Assembly: GCA_905233625.1 (NCBI GenBank)
Contig: CAJOFJ010000011.1
Coordinates: 13,378 to 77,377 of the forward strand
Reading direction: 5' to 3'
Length of the DNA stretch: 64,000 nucleotides
Source of the DNA: an uncultured Bacteroidales bacterium
GTDB taxonomy: Bacteria; Bacteroidota; Bacteroidia; Bacteroidales; WCHB1-69
Part shown: positions 19,476-28,566 of the stretch, one piece after another
How the letters are laid out: every line of letters starts with the position of its first letter
Position numbering within the stretch: position 1 is the stretch's first letter
Notes under the pieces: generated by a model
Told to the model about the DNA's origin: nothing
Seen by the model: the letters and a program-made list of their open reading frames with translations, nothing else
The model's database searches: none
Translations under genes and position numbers: made by a program

Positions 19476-19511
19476 ATCTGCTATTAATCGTTTATTGAGA
19501 CAAATAAAATT

Positions 19512-19579
19512 AAAAACTAAAAACTAAGAACTAAGAATAAAATTTTCATTTTCAGTTCTTAACTCTTAGTTCTTAGTTT
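19512..19579. terminator. Inverted pair of AACTAAG word arrays (hairpin)
   Basis: aaaaactaaaaactaagaactaagaat ... cagttcttaactcttagttcttagttt. The arms are complementary. Confidence 0.55.
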
Positions 19580-19591
19580 AATTCACTATTA

Positions 19592-22500
19592 TTATTTGTT
19601 ATCGTAAAAGAAGTTTCTGTAGCTGCGGCCAAAACCCGGGTCCATTTGTGAAAATATATTTAATTGATTTTCAGCAACTTGTAACCCCTTTTGGGCAATT
19701 ACCTCGTTATTGGTTTGCTGAGCTAACTGCGTAATATTCTTCAGTGACTGGAATGCCAGCGTCAATTGCTCCTGACTCTTTTCCAAATCATTCAAACAAC
19801 GCGTAATAATGCTATTTTGCTTGTCGATATAGGCGTTTGCAAACTTGTCAAACTGCAGTTTCTTCAGCTCCTGTTCCGGCATCTGGACATTATAATCTTT
19901 CATAATACCGAATAGTTGCTGCGTGAATAGAATATTATAATTAATCAGTTCAGCATAACCATCTGCCATCTTTTCATCGTAATTTCTATCCAGCCATGCC
20001 ATTTCCTCTACAAACAAATTCCAGTAATCTATGGCCATTTGCAAACCTTTCTGGCGACCAGTTTCCGTATTCAGCATAAAATAATCACGAATAAAGAACA
20101 CGCAAGTTTGCGAATAACCCAACTGATGATCAAGCATATACGGGAAATTAACGTTCGGAAGCACCTCGTTGCAATGGTCAAGCACTTTCTCTGCCGAGTC
20201 AATCTTGCCTTCCACCATCAGTTGTTCGGCCAAACGCTGGTGTATCTTGCGAATCAGACTCACCAATCTTACATTATCTTCTGAATGGTAAACACGCGGA
20301 TCATTGAAACCACCCCATGCATACGGATAAGCCTCTTTTGCCGTAGCATCCGGATTATTCACCCTGTCAATACGACTATGATCGTTAAACACATTCATCA
20401 AGTTGTTGTACAGAATTTCAGAATTGATACGGCCAGCGTCATAATAGCTTCTTTTCGCCGATTTGATAGGCACCAGGCGGTAAGCCATACCTTCCAGCTG
20501 GAAATATTCCTCCAGACCGAGATAAGCTTCCGGACCAGTGGTAGATGCATAGTAAATCGGACGCTCCCAGTTGTTGTTGGCCAGAATGTCCATCATGATG
20601 ATGTATGCTTTCACGTAGGTGTTCACCCCGCCAGTTTCCATATTCCAACGCAACTTATCCACAATCAAATCAGCATCTTTGGGATCCACAGTTCCATTGG
20701 CCAACACTTTTTCCTTGTCAACATCCAGTGAGAAGCTGCCTGGGATAGCTACACCAGTGCTTTTATATTTGTCTGAAGGCAGGAAATAAAGCGCTCTTTG
20801 ATTATCAAACTGAGGCTGTTTCACATATTCAATGATATCTTTCAAGTTGACAAACTGATTGGCGGCAGGTCCGAGATGCATCATGTCGCGGGTACCGTCC
20901 TTATACTGGTTCCAAGTCATGGAGATGGGCAGCGGAGCAGAATTATATGCCTGACGCTTCATCTGATCCACATACCAACTGGTGCTTAACAAACTGAGGT
21001 TGCACACACGCACGTCAGTACGGTAACCCTCAACCTCCTGTGCATACCACAAGGGGAAAGTATCATTATCACCCAAGGTAAAGAGGATGGCGTTGGGGGC
21101 ACAAGAATCCAGATAGTTTTTGGCCATTGCCAAAGCGGTATAACGGTTGGAGCGGTCGTGATCGTGCCAGTTTTCTTTGGCCAGAACGCCAGGCACCAAA
21201 CCCAGACAAATCAATGTAACCAACAATGCACCAGCCACTTGCACCTTATTGTTTTTGATATTTTCAAAGAGAGAATAAATGCCATACACTCCAAAACCCA
21301 CCCATATAGAGAAGGCATAGAAAGAGGCTGCAAAAGCATAGTCACGTTCACGCGGCTGGAAAGGTTCCATGTTCAGATAGAAGGCAATGGCCAGACCCGT
21401 CATCAGGAACAGCCACAAAACCACATAAGAGCCTTTGGGATCCTTCATGGAATACACAATCAGACCGATAAGACCCAGAATCAACGGCAACATGTAATAT
21501 TTGTTATGACCCGGACGCTCCATGCTTGTGGGCAAATCATTGCCTTTCACGCCCAAACGGATCTTATCCAGAGCGGGAATACCGGTAATCCAATTGCCTT
21601 TGTCAATATCGTTGCGACCCTGTATGTCATTCTGACGACCTGAGAAATTCCACATGAAATAGCGGAAATACATATAGTCAAACTGATAGGTGTGCATGAA
21701 TTTCAGATTCTGCTGATACGTCGGCAGTTTGCCTCTGTCCAAATCGCGGCGATTCTCCTTATCCGAAGCACTGTTGCTATTATATTGTGCTTTCAACCAA
21801 TTGATATAATTCTGTCTATGGGTGCTTGACCACAATCTCGGGAAAAACATCATGTCAGACGGATTATAAATCGGTTTTTCTTCTCTTCTATAATCTGAAA
21901 TGATATATTTTCCAGATGCATCGTCACGTGTATAAACTGGAGTACCATCCTTGACACCCACATATCTTGAATTATAGCACTGTCCGTAAATAATTGGTTT
22001 TGAACCATATTGCTCACGATTCAAATAGGCTAACAAGGCCACAGCATCTTCAGGATTGTTCTCGTCAATAGTTGGATTAGCGTTGGAACGGATCACCAAA
22101 GTGAAGAAAGTGGAATAACCTACTAATATGAATATGAAACAATAAATGCCTGCTAACCAATTGGCCTTCTGCTTTTTGTAGCCATAATACAAGGCCCAGC
22201 ACAACAATGCTGCCAAAAGGATAAAGAAAATGATAGATCCTGAATGGAAAGGTAAACCAATGGTATTAACAGAAAAAATTTCAAATTTACCTGCCAAATT
22301 GACAATTTGTGGGATGATGATATACAATATTGCACCCAATAATACGAAAGAAAGGATTAATGACAGAAAAACGCCCCATTCAGGCAAAGATTTGATGGTA
22401 CCTTTCTTCACACAAAGAACAAACAACGGAATGGTGACGAAAATCCATACAAACCACATCCATCCTGTATTCAGCACAAAACCTAAGAAAAATGAAATTA

Positions 22501-23185
22501 CCGCCAACGACTGCACAATGCCCATATAGCTGGCATTTTTTGACAGCTTGAAATAAATGATGAGCACAATTGCCGGCAGAGTCAACAAGTTCAGCAAGTG
22601 AACACCAATGGAAAGTCCTATGAGATAAGCAATTAACACAATCCAGCGGTTGGGATTAGTATTGGATTTGGGATTGTCATATTCTTCATCCCATTTCAAA
22701 ATGCACCAGAACACCAAGGCAGTAAAGAACGACGACATAGCATATACCTCGCCCTCTACAGCGGAAAACCAGAAAGTGTCTGTAAATGTATAAGTTAATG
22801 CACCTACGATGGCGGAACCCACAACGGCCACAATTCTGCCAGGTGTCATTTCACCCAGCTTCATCACCATCTTACGTCCCAAGCGCACAATGGTCCAATA
22901 CAGGAACATGATGGTCAAACCGCTACAGATGGCGGACATACAGTTGACACAAAAAGCGGCTTTGGTAACATCACCTCCAGCGAAAAGGGTGAAGAAACGA
23001 CCTATCAGCTGGAAAGTAGGTGCTCCAGGCGGGTGACCGATTAAAAGTTTGTAGGTAGTAGCAATGTACTCGCCACAGTCCCACCATGAAGCAGTAGGTT
23101 CAGCGGTCATAATATAAACGGCGGAGGCCAAAATACCTATCGCCCAGCCGATTATATTATTGATTAACTTGAATTTTTTAGACAT
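19592..23185 (-). CDS. DUF2723 (TMEM260-like, GT-C-type) large membrane protein
   Basis: N-terminus TAEPTASWWDCGEYIATTYKLLIGHPPGAP is the DUF2723 signature. ~12 TM segments followed by a ~550-aa soluble C-terminal region. Confidence 0.8.
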   Translation of the reverse strand: MSKKFKLINNIIGWAIGILASAVYIMTAEPTASWWDCGEYIATTYKLLIGHPPGAPTFQLIGRFFTLFAGGDVTKAAFCVNCMSAICSGLTIMFLYWTIVRLGRKMVMKLGEMTPGRIVAVVGSAIVGALTYTFTDTFWFSAVEGEVYAMSSFFTALVFWCILKWDEEYDNPKSNTNPNRWIVLIAYLIGLSIGVHLLNLLTLPAIVLIIYFKLSKNASYMGIVQSLAVISFFLGFVLNTGWMWFVWIFVTIPLFVLCVKKGTIKSLPEWGVFLSLILSFVLLGAILYIIIPQIVNLAGKFEIFSVNTIGLPFHSGSIIFFILLAALLCWALYYGYKKQKANWLAGIYCFIFILVGYSTFFTLVIRSNANPTIDENNPEDAVALLAYLNREQYGSKPIIYGQCYNSRYVGVKDGTPVYTRDDASGKYIISDYRREEKPIYNPSDMMFFPRLWSSTHRQNYINWLKAQYNSNSASDKENRRDLDRGKLPTYQQNLKFMHTYQFDYMYFRYFMWNFSGRQNDIQGRNDIDKGNWITGIPALDKIRLGVKGNDLPTSMERPGHNKYYMLPLILGLIGLIVYSMKDPKGSYVVLWLFLMTGLAIAFYLNMEPFQPRERDYAFAASFYAFSIWVGFGVYGIYSLFENIKNNKVQVAGALLVTLICLGLVPGVLAKENWHDHDRSNRYTALAMAKNYLDSCAPNAILFTLGDNDTFPLWYAQEVEGYRTDVRVCNLSLLSTSWYVDQMKRQAYNSAPLPISMTWNQYKDGTRDMMHLGPAANQFVNLKDIIEYVKQPQFDNQRALYFLPSDKYKSTGVAIPGSFSLDVDKEKVLANGTVDPKDADLIVDKLRWNMETGGVNTYVKAYIIMMDILANNNWERPIYYASTTGPEAYLGLEEYFQLEGMAYRLVPIKSAKRSYYDAGRINSEILYNNLMNVFNDHSRIDRVNNPDATAKEAYPYAWGGFNDPRVYHSEDNVRLVSLIRKIHQRLAEQLMVEGKIDSAEKVLDHCNEVLPNVNFPYMLDHQLGYSQTCVFFIRDYFMLNTETGRQKGLQMAIDYWNLFVEEMAWLDRNYDEKMADGYAELINYNILFTQQLFGIMKDYNVQMPEQELKKLQFDKFANAYIDKQNSIITRCLNDLEKSQEQLTLAFQSLKNITQLAQQTNNEVIAQKGLQVAENQLNIFSQMDPGFGRSYRNFFYDNK

Positions 23186-23219
23186 GTTTTATTTGTTTAA
23201 TTGATTATTTGATTTATTT

Positions 23220-23305
23220 CGTTAAGGCGTTAAGACGTTAAGGCGTCAAGGCGTTAAGACGAAAGAATAAATATCTCCACGTCTAAACGTCTCCACGTCT
23301 AAACG
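23220..23305. terminator. 8-bp word arrays CGTTAAGR x5 and CTCCACGT/CTAAACGT x4, partly complementary
   Basis: Read directly. Lies between the DUF2723 start and the pheS stop. Confidence 0.45.
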
Positions 23306-23308
23306 TTT

Positions 23309-24331
23309 TTAATTGCCGGCGGCTTTGAACTGGCGCAAGAAGCGGACATCATTCTCAAAATACAATCTGATGTCGTTGGTTCTGTATTTCAGCATAGTCA
23401 TACGCTCAATACCCAGACCGAATGCATAACCGGTATATTTCTTGCTGTCGATGCCGCAATTCTCAAGAACGCTGGGATCCACCATGCCGCAGCCTAAAAT
23501 CTCCACCCAGCCGGTGTGCTTGCACAAAGCGCAACCGCTACCACCGCAGATATTGCAGGAAATATCCATTTCCGCTGATGGTTCTGTGAAGGGGAAGTAA
23601 GAAGGACGAAGACGGATTTTGGTCTCCTTGCCGAACATTTGCTGTGCAAAGTAGAGCAACGTCTGCTTCATTTCCGCAAATGACACATTCTCAGCAATAT
23701 ATAGACCCTCCACCTGATGGAAGATACAGTGGGCACGCGAAGTAATGGCCTCGTTGCGGAAAACACGACCCGGACAAATCACACGGATAGGGGGCTGCTG
23801 TTTCTCCATAGTACGCACCTGCAAAGAAGACGTGTGGGTACGAAGCAGAATGTCGGGATGCAGTTCGATGAAGAAGGTGTCCTGCATATCACGTGCCGGA
23901 TGCTCTTCCGGGAAATTCAAGGCAGTGAACACATGCCAGTCGTCTTCCACATCGGGACCGGAAACCGTGCTGAATCCAATCTTCTCGAAGATGTCGCATA
24001 CCTCGTTCATCATGATAGAAATGGGGTGCATTGAACCTACGCTGATAGCGGTAGAGGGACGGGTCACATCAAGATCACTCCCAGCCTGCACAGCCTGGAA
24101 TTCCATCTTCGATTTAGCCTCTTCATATAGTTGTTGGGCTTTCTGTTTCAGTTCATTCACCTGCTGGCCGAAGCTTTTTCGCTCTTCGGGAGCCACATTC
24201 TTGATTTCGGATAGAAGTTCCTGCAATTCACTTTTCTTGGTGAGAAATTGCAGACGAAACTGCTCTAAAGTCTCCATACTGTTGATGCCGAATTGTTCCA
24301 GCTGGGATTTTATTTTGTCGATAGAGGTCAT
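23309..24331 (-). CDS. pheS: Phenylalanine--tRNA ligase alpha subunit
   Basis: Class II aaRS motifs (FRNEAITSRAH, GLGIERM) and an N-terminal coiled-coil typical of PheS. Confidence 0.95.
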   Translation of the reverse strand: MTSIDKIKSQLEQFGINSMETLEQFRLQFLTKKSELQELLSEIKNVAPEERKSFGQQVNELKQKAQQLYEEAKSKMEFQAVQAGSDLDVTRPSTAISVGSMHPISIMMNEVCDIFEKIGFSTVSGPDVEDDWHVFTALNFPEEHPARDMQDTFFIELHPDILLRTHTSSLQVRTMEKQQPPIRVICPGRVFRNEAITSRAHCIFHQVEGLYIAENVSFAEMKQTLLYFAQQMFGKETKIRLRPSYFPFTEPSAEMDISCNICGGSGCALCKHTGWVEILGCGMVDPSVLENCGIDSKKYTGYAFGLGIERMTMLKYRTNDIRLYFENDVRFLRQFKAAGN

Positions 24332-24357
24332 TTTAGTTGATTTGTTTATTCGGTTAT

Positions 24358-24426
24358 ACGTTAAGACGTCAAGGCGTTAAGACGTTAAAAACATTCTCCA
24401 CGTCTTCACGTCTAAACGTCTTCACG
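24358..24426. terminator. 8-bp word arrays of the same family as 23220-23305
   Basis: acgttaagacgtcaaggcgttaagacgttaa ... ctccacgtcttcacgtctaaacgtcttcacg. Confidence 0.45.
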
Positions 24427-24427
24427 T

Positions 24428-25162
24428 TTATTTCATTATTTCTGCGGAGATGATTTTGATATCTTCCAGAGGTCTGTCGCGGCCGTCTTTCTGCTGGGCG
24501 GCAATCTTGTCCACGATTTCCATACCGGACACCACTTCACCGAAAACGGTATAGTCACCATCCAGATGGGGTGCTCCGCCAATGGACGTGTAGGCATTGA
24601 TTTGTTCCTGGCTAAAGACCTTGCCTGTCATCTGAATCACACGGTTTATCTCATTGGTATTGAATACTCTGCCATCCACGATATAGAACTGCGAACCTGA
24701 CGACTCCTTTTTGGGATTGACATTGTCGCCCATACGTGCAGCGGCCACAGCGCCACGCTTGTGGTACAGACCGGGAACAAATTCAGCGGGGATGGTGTAG
24801 CCGGGACCACCATTGCCCAACATCTGTCCAGGTTTGGCGTTTTTGGATTCAGGGTCACCCGTCTGAATCATAAAATTCTGGATGATACGATGGAACAATA
24901 CACCGTCATAATACTTGTCGTTTACCAACTTGATAAAATTCTCCTTGTGCAGGGGGGTCTCGTCGTACAGAGCAATGACGATGTCGCCCATCGAGGTTTT
25001 CAGTAATACTTTTGTCATTTGTGCTGGTTTTTTCTTTTTCGTCGGATTTTTCTGTTCCTGATTATCACTTCCCACGGTGGTGGCATCGGCCTTGCTGCTT
25101 GGTTGGCAGGCCAGCATCAACAAAGTGGACAATAAGATAATCAGCATGTTATGTCTTTTCAT
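24428..25162 (-). CDS. Cyclophilin-type peptidyl-prolyl isomerase (lipoprotein)
   Basis: Lipobox LMLAC, then FHRIIQNFMIQTGDP and SGSQFYIV. Confidence 0.9.
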   Translation of the reverse strand: MKRHNMLIILLSTLLMLACQPSSKADATTVGSDNQEQKNPTKKKKPAQMTKVLLKTSMGDIVIALYDETPLHKENFIKLVNDKYYDGVLFHRIIQNFMIQTGDPESKNAKPGQMLGNGGPGYTIPAEFVPGLYHKRGAVAAARMGDNVNPKKESSGSQFYIVDGRVFNTNEINRVIQMTGKVFSQEQINAYTSIGGAPHLDGDYTVFGEVVSGMEIVDKIAAQQKDGRDRPLEDIKIISAEIMK

Positions 25163-25366
25163 AGCTATATAATATATACTTTATAACTGCTTTTTTGCGT
25201 TTTTATTTTAAGCTTGCAAATTTAAACAAAAAGTTGATACATTTGCCACACATGTTGCAAGGTATTTTTCAAACAAAAACACGTCTTTTATTCGTACTCC
25301 ACAATATTGGCTTTGGTTTTTTCTATATCCACAGGCCATATATAATTACATTTCGTAATCACACTT

Positions 25367-25837
25367 TCAGAAATTCGTTTCCACCAGCTTGATTTCAATT
25401 CGGGAGCCGTCAATATTGGTGTTGTCCATTTTCACAAAGCCGTAAGTGTCGTTATAGTATGCGGTGAGGCGGGTTTTTCCGATGCGGCTTTTGGCTATGG
25501 CCTCAACCTTTACGCACGAAAGCGTACCCATGGGTGTGACGACTTCGCAATTAGTATCAGTAATCTTGTATTTGTACTTGTTGACGATGCCGCCGGTCCA
25601 GGTTTTCCAACGTTCGTCACCCCACTGGCTGCCGATGGTAAGTCGCCATTTCCAAGTCTTCCCTTTTGTGATGGGGTATTGGATATACGGGAAAGGATTG
25701 CGGCAGGGATTCAAGCTGTCATTTCTCACTTCAAACCAGATGCCGCTACTACTTTGCGAATACGCTGTATTTTGGGCTTGCGCAACGAAGTTGGCGCATC
25801 CCATCAGCACAGTTAAGGTGGTTATGATTCGTTTCAT
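25367..25837 (-). CDS. Hypothetical secreted protein
   Basis: Signal peptide MKRIITTLTVLMGCANFVAQA. No recognised domain. Confidence 0.45.
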   Translation of the reverse strand: MKRIITTLTVLMGCANFVAQAQNTAYSQSSSGIWFEVRNDSLNPCRNPFPYIQYPITKGKTWKWRLTIGSQWGDERWKTWTGGIVNKYKYKITDTNCEVVTPMGTLSCVKVEAIAKSRIGKTRLTAYYNDTYGFVKMDNTNIDGSRIEIKLVETNF

Positions 25838-25877
25838 GGTTAATACTGTTTTTTCATATTATTGATTTTTGTATTGT

Positions 25878-26100
25878 TGCGTGCTGAAAGCACGGTATCC
25901 TATTAACCCCTAACAAGTCCGTAGGCCGCAGTTTGGGGTGGTGATACTTGTGGTGGAATGCAGCGTGCCGAAGGTACGCAACTATGAGTGTCGTTGTAGC
26001 GTGCCTTCAGCACGCATATCACACATTCGGCCTCGATACCCCACACTGCGCTCCTTCGTCGCTTGTGCGGGGTTAATAGGATATTGTGCCTTCGGCACAT
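25878..26100. repeat. ~220-bp composite imperfect palindrome built from GTGCC-TTC/GAA-GGCAC-type hairpins
   Basis: Left arm tgcgtgctgaaagcacggtatcctattaacccctaacaag is mirrored by cttgtgcggggttaataggatattgtgccttcggcaca (core tatcctattaacccc / ggggttaataggata is perfect). Inner arms ccgcagtttgggg / ccccacactgcg resemble the 3388-3544 units. Confidence 0.75.
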
Positions 26101-26300
26101 TCTACCATTAATGCACTTCCCCCATCGGATATCCCCCCTTCCTCTTATCAAAATTCACATAATAGCCGCTGATAAAAGTTAGAGGAATGACAATGCACTC
26201 CTCCTTCTGGCGATGAATCCGCAGAATCGTCATTGCAAAAGTACACAAAAAAATAATACAAAGCATCACAATGGCAAATTTTTTAAAAATAATTTAAGAC

Positions 26301-28529
26301 TTATCTCCGTTCCCCTTGCCCCTGGCCGGCCTGCACGGACTCCAACTCCATTTTGCCAAATTTGAACGAGAGGCCGAAGCGTATGGTCCGTGCTTGCCAG
26401 TTCACACGCTTCGAGCTGCTGTCCAGATAATAGGGATTGCTACTCACACTTGTGCTGCGGTTCCAGTCGAAAAGGTCATCCACATTCACCCATATTGCGA
26501 TGCGGTGCTTCCAGAACTCCGCTTTCAGGCCAAGGTCAATGCTGTAACGCGGTTTCACGGTGGTGAACAGCGACACAGTTTGGGACTGGTAGTTGGCCGC
26601 CGCATTGATTTCCAGTACTTTCCATAACTTTGCCCAGAAGTTCAGCCGGAAACTGTAGCCCAAATTGTCCACGATGTAAGGCTGTTCCTCGTTGCGGAAC
26701 TGGAAAGCCGACTTCATGTAATAAACATTGCCGTAAAAGCGGATGCTCATGAAGGTTTTGAGCTGGTAGGTGACATTCACTTCCGCACCCGTATTCAGGG
26801 TGCGTCCCGCATTGATGGGTTCCGTAAATGGAACAATCCGCCCGAAAAACGGGTCGTAGCAGACATCTGTCAAGGGGGAGAATTCGTCTTTCGTATTTTT
26901 GAACCACGCATTGATGCCCACATTGCCGAATTTCCTGATATACTTAGTCCAGCCAGCCTCCACGGAGTTGGTAAACGCCTGCTTTAAATCAGGATTGCCT
27001 GTGCTGAAACTGTCGTCTGAATAGGTGCAATAGGCGGTCAGGTCGGAGGGCTGCGGATTGTTCACCCTACGGGTGTAACTCAGTTTGAAATTGTGCATGT
27101 TTTTGGTGCGGTAGCTCAGATGCAGCGAGGGGAAGAGCCCCCAGAAATGGCGCTGGAAATTGTAGCCAGGGGCACCAGGATAGCGTATGCCGCGCAAAGC
27201 ATACTCGGCCCGCAATCCCCCTTTTATGGTGAAACGGCCAAACTGGTGCTGCACCGTCACATAGCTTGCCAAATCCACAGGATTGTCATACAAAGTGTAG
27301 GAACGCAATTTGTCTTTCACATAGTAATCTGCTGTGGATGAGTGTACCAAAGAGTCTATATTTCCCCATTGGTACTTGGGATTGGCAGAGCCCGACACCC
27401 CCAACTCCAGGATACCATTGGCATGATAGGGGAAAGTATAATCCAGCTCCATAGTCAGATAATGGGAGTTATAACGCCAGTTTTCCTGCCGAATCCAATC
27501 CGATAGCGGCAAAAGCAGATAAGCCCGGTCCTTTGTCGCTTGCGATTTGTAAGCGGAAGCCTGATAGAAAGCGCTTGCGCTGATTGTGTGTCCTTTGGGA
27601 TTGAATTGATGCTCATACCATAAGCCGATGTAGCCTCCAAAATTTCTGGAATTGAGTATATAATCCTCTGTATAAGAATAGTTTCCAGGCTGATAAATAT
27701 ATTCATTTCGCCAAGTGGAATCCTGTTGGGTAAATTTGTTTGACATGGGAAAGAATCCACCATAAACATAAATGATATTGGCCGTGTCGGGCGTATAGGA
27801 GGCATTGACAAACAGTCCGATCTGGTTTTCTTTGAAACGCCGCACGGTTTTGTATTGGCTATGCGAGGACAAGCTGCCGTCATTGTCATAATAGCTTGAT
27901 TCACCGTGTGTGTCATGGCGAGAAGTACTATACCAATAATGCAGGTAGGTGCTGATAGAGAACTTGCGGTCGGCATAAACATAGGAAATGAAGGGAGTGA
28001 CATCGGGCGAGGAGGAACCTTTCGCCCCGAAACTCAAGAAGCTGTTCTTCTTGATGTTGGAAACCGTGACAATGTTGATGATGCCGCCAGTTCCTTGCGC
28101 ACTGTATCTTGCCGACGGGTTAGTGATAACTTCGATTTTTTCGATATCGCTGGCGGGCATCTGTTGCAGAAGGAGTTTCAGCGCCTCGGCATTCATGTTG
28201 GCAGGCTTGTTGTTGAGCCAGATTTCCACGGAGGAAACCCCTCGCAAACTTACATTGCCCTCCACGTCCACTTCCACACCAGGCGCATTCTGCAAAGCAT
28301 CAGCTGCCGTACCTGTCTGGACAACAGGGTCTTCCGAGACATTATACAGGGTCTTCTCCCCGTCCGTCATATACACGGGCTTCTTGGCGGTGATGCCCAC
28401 TTCTTGCAATTCCATTGTCTGCTTGGGGTTGACAGTGTCCACTTTGGCACTCGCAATCGTGTCGTTTTGTTGCGCATAAAGCCCTCCTACCACCGCCATC
28501 ACAGCGATGGTGACCAAAAGTTTTTTCAT
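26301..28529 (-). CDS. TonB-dependent-receptor-like outer-membrane beta-barrel protein
   Basis: Signal peptide, plug-like region (DALQNAPGVEVDVEGNVSLRG), long beta-rich body, and a C-terminal aromatic-rich strand. Confidence 0.75.
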   Translation of the reverse strand: MKKLLVTIAVMAVVGGLYAQQNDTIASAKVDTVNPKQTMELQEVGITAKKPVYMTDGEKTLYNVSEDPVVQTGTAADALQNAPGVEVDVEGNVSLRGVSSVEIWLNNKPANMNAEALKLLLQQMPASDIEKIEVITNPSARYSAQGTGGIINIVTVSNIKKNSFLSFGAKGSSSPDVTPFISYVYADRKFSISTYLHYWYSTSRHDTHGESSYYDNDGSLSSHSQYKTVRRFKENQIGLFVNASYTPDTANIIYVYGGFFPMSNKFTQQDSTWRNEYIYQPGNYSYTEDYILNSRNFGGYIGLWYEHQFNPKGHTISASAFYQASAYKSQATKDRAYLLLPLSDWIRQENWRYNSHYLTMELDYTFPYHANGILELGVSGSANPKYQWGNIDSLVHSSTADYYVKDKLRSYTLYDNPVDLASYVTVQHQFGRFTIKGGLRAEYALRGIRYPGAPGYNFQRHFWGLFPSLHLSYRTKNMHNFKLSYTRRVNNPQPSDLTAYCTYSDDSFSTGNPDLKQAFTNSVEAGWTKYIRKFGNVGINAWFKNTKDEFSPLTDVCYDPFFGRIVPFTEPINAGRTLNTGAEVNVTYQLKTFMSIRFYGNVYYMKSAFQFRNEEQPYIVDNLGYSFRLNFWAKLWKVLEINAAANYQSQTVSLFTTVKPRYSIDLGLKAEFWKHRIAIWVNVDDLFDWNRSTSVSSNPYYLDSSSKRVNWQARTIRFGLSFKFGKMELESVQAGQGQGERR

Positions 28530-28566
28530 ATTTTTAGTTTTTTAAGATTTACACTTTCGATGCAAA

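Noticed and set aside
25878-26100. Bacteroidales-style invertible promoter (inverton).
   Set aside because: It is kept only as a minor alternative in the findings. The arms are long and imperfect and made of generic REP-like hairpins. There is no obvious TAnnTTTG box in the core and no tyrosine or serine recombinase in the window.
25903-26151. 82-aa minus-strand ORF in the TonB-receptor / secreted-protein intergenic gap.
   Set aside because: It lies entirely inside the composite palindrome and has a Cys/Arg/Gly-rich low-complexity translation. It is treated as non-coding repeat DNA.
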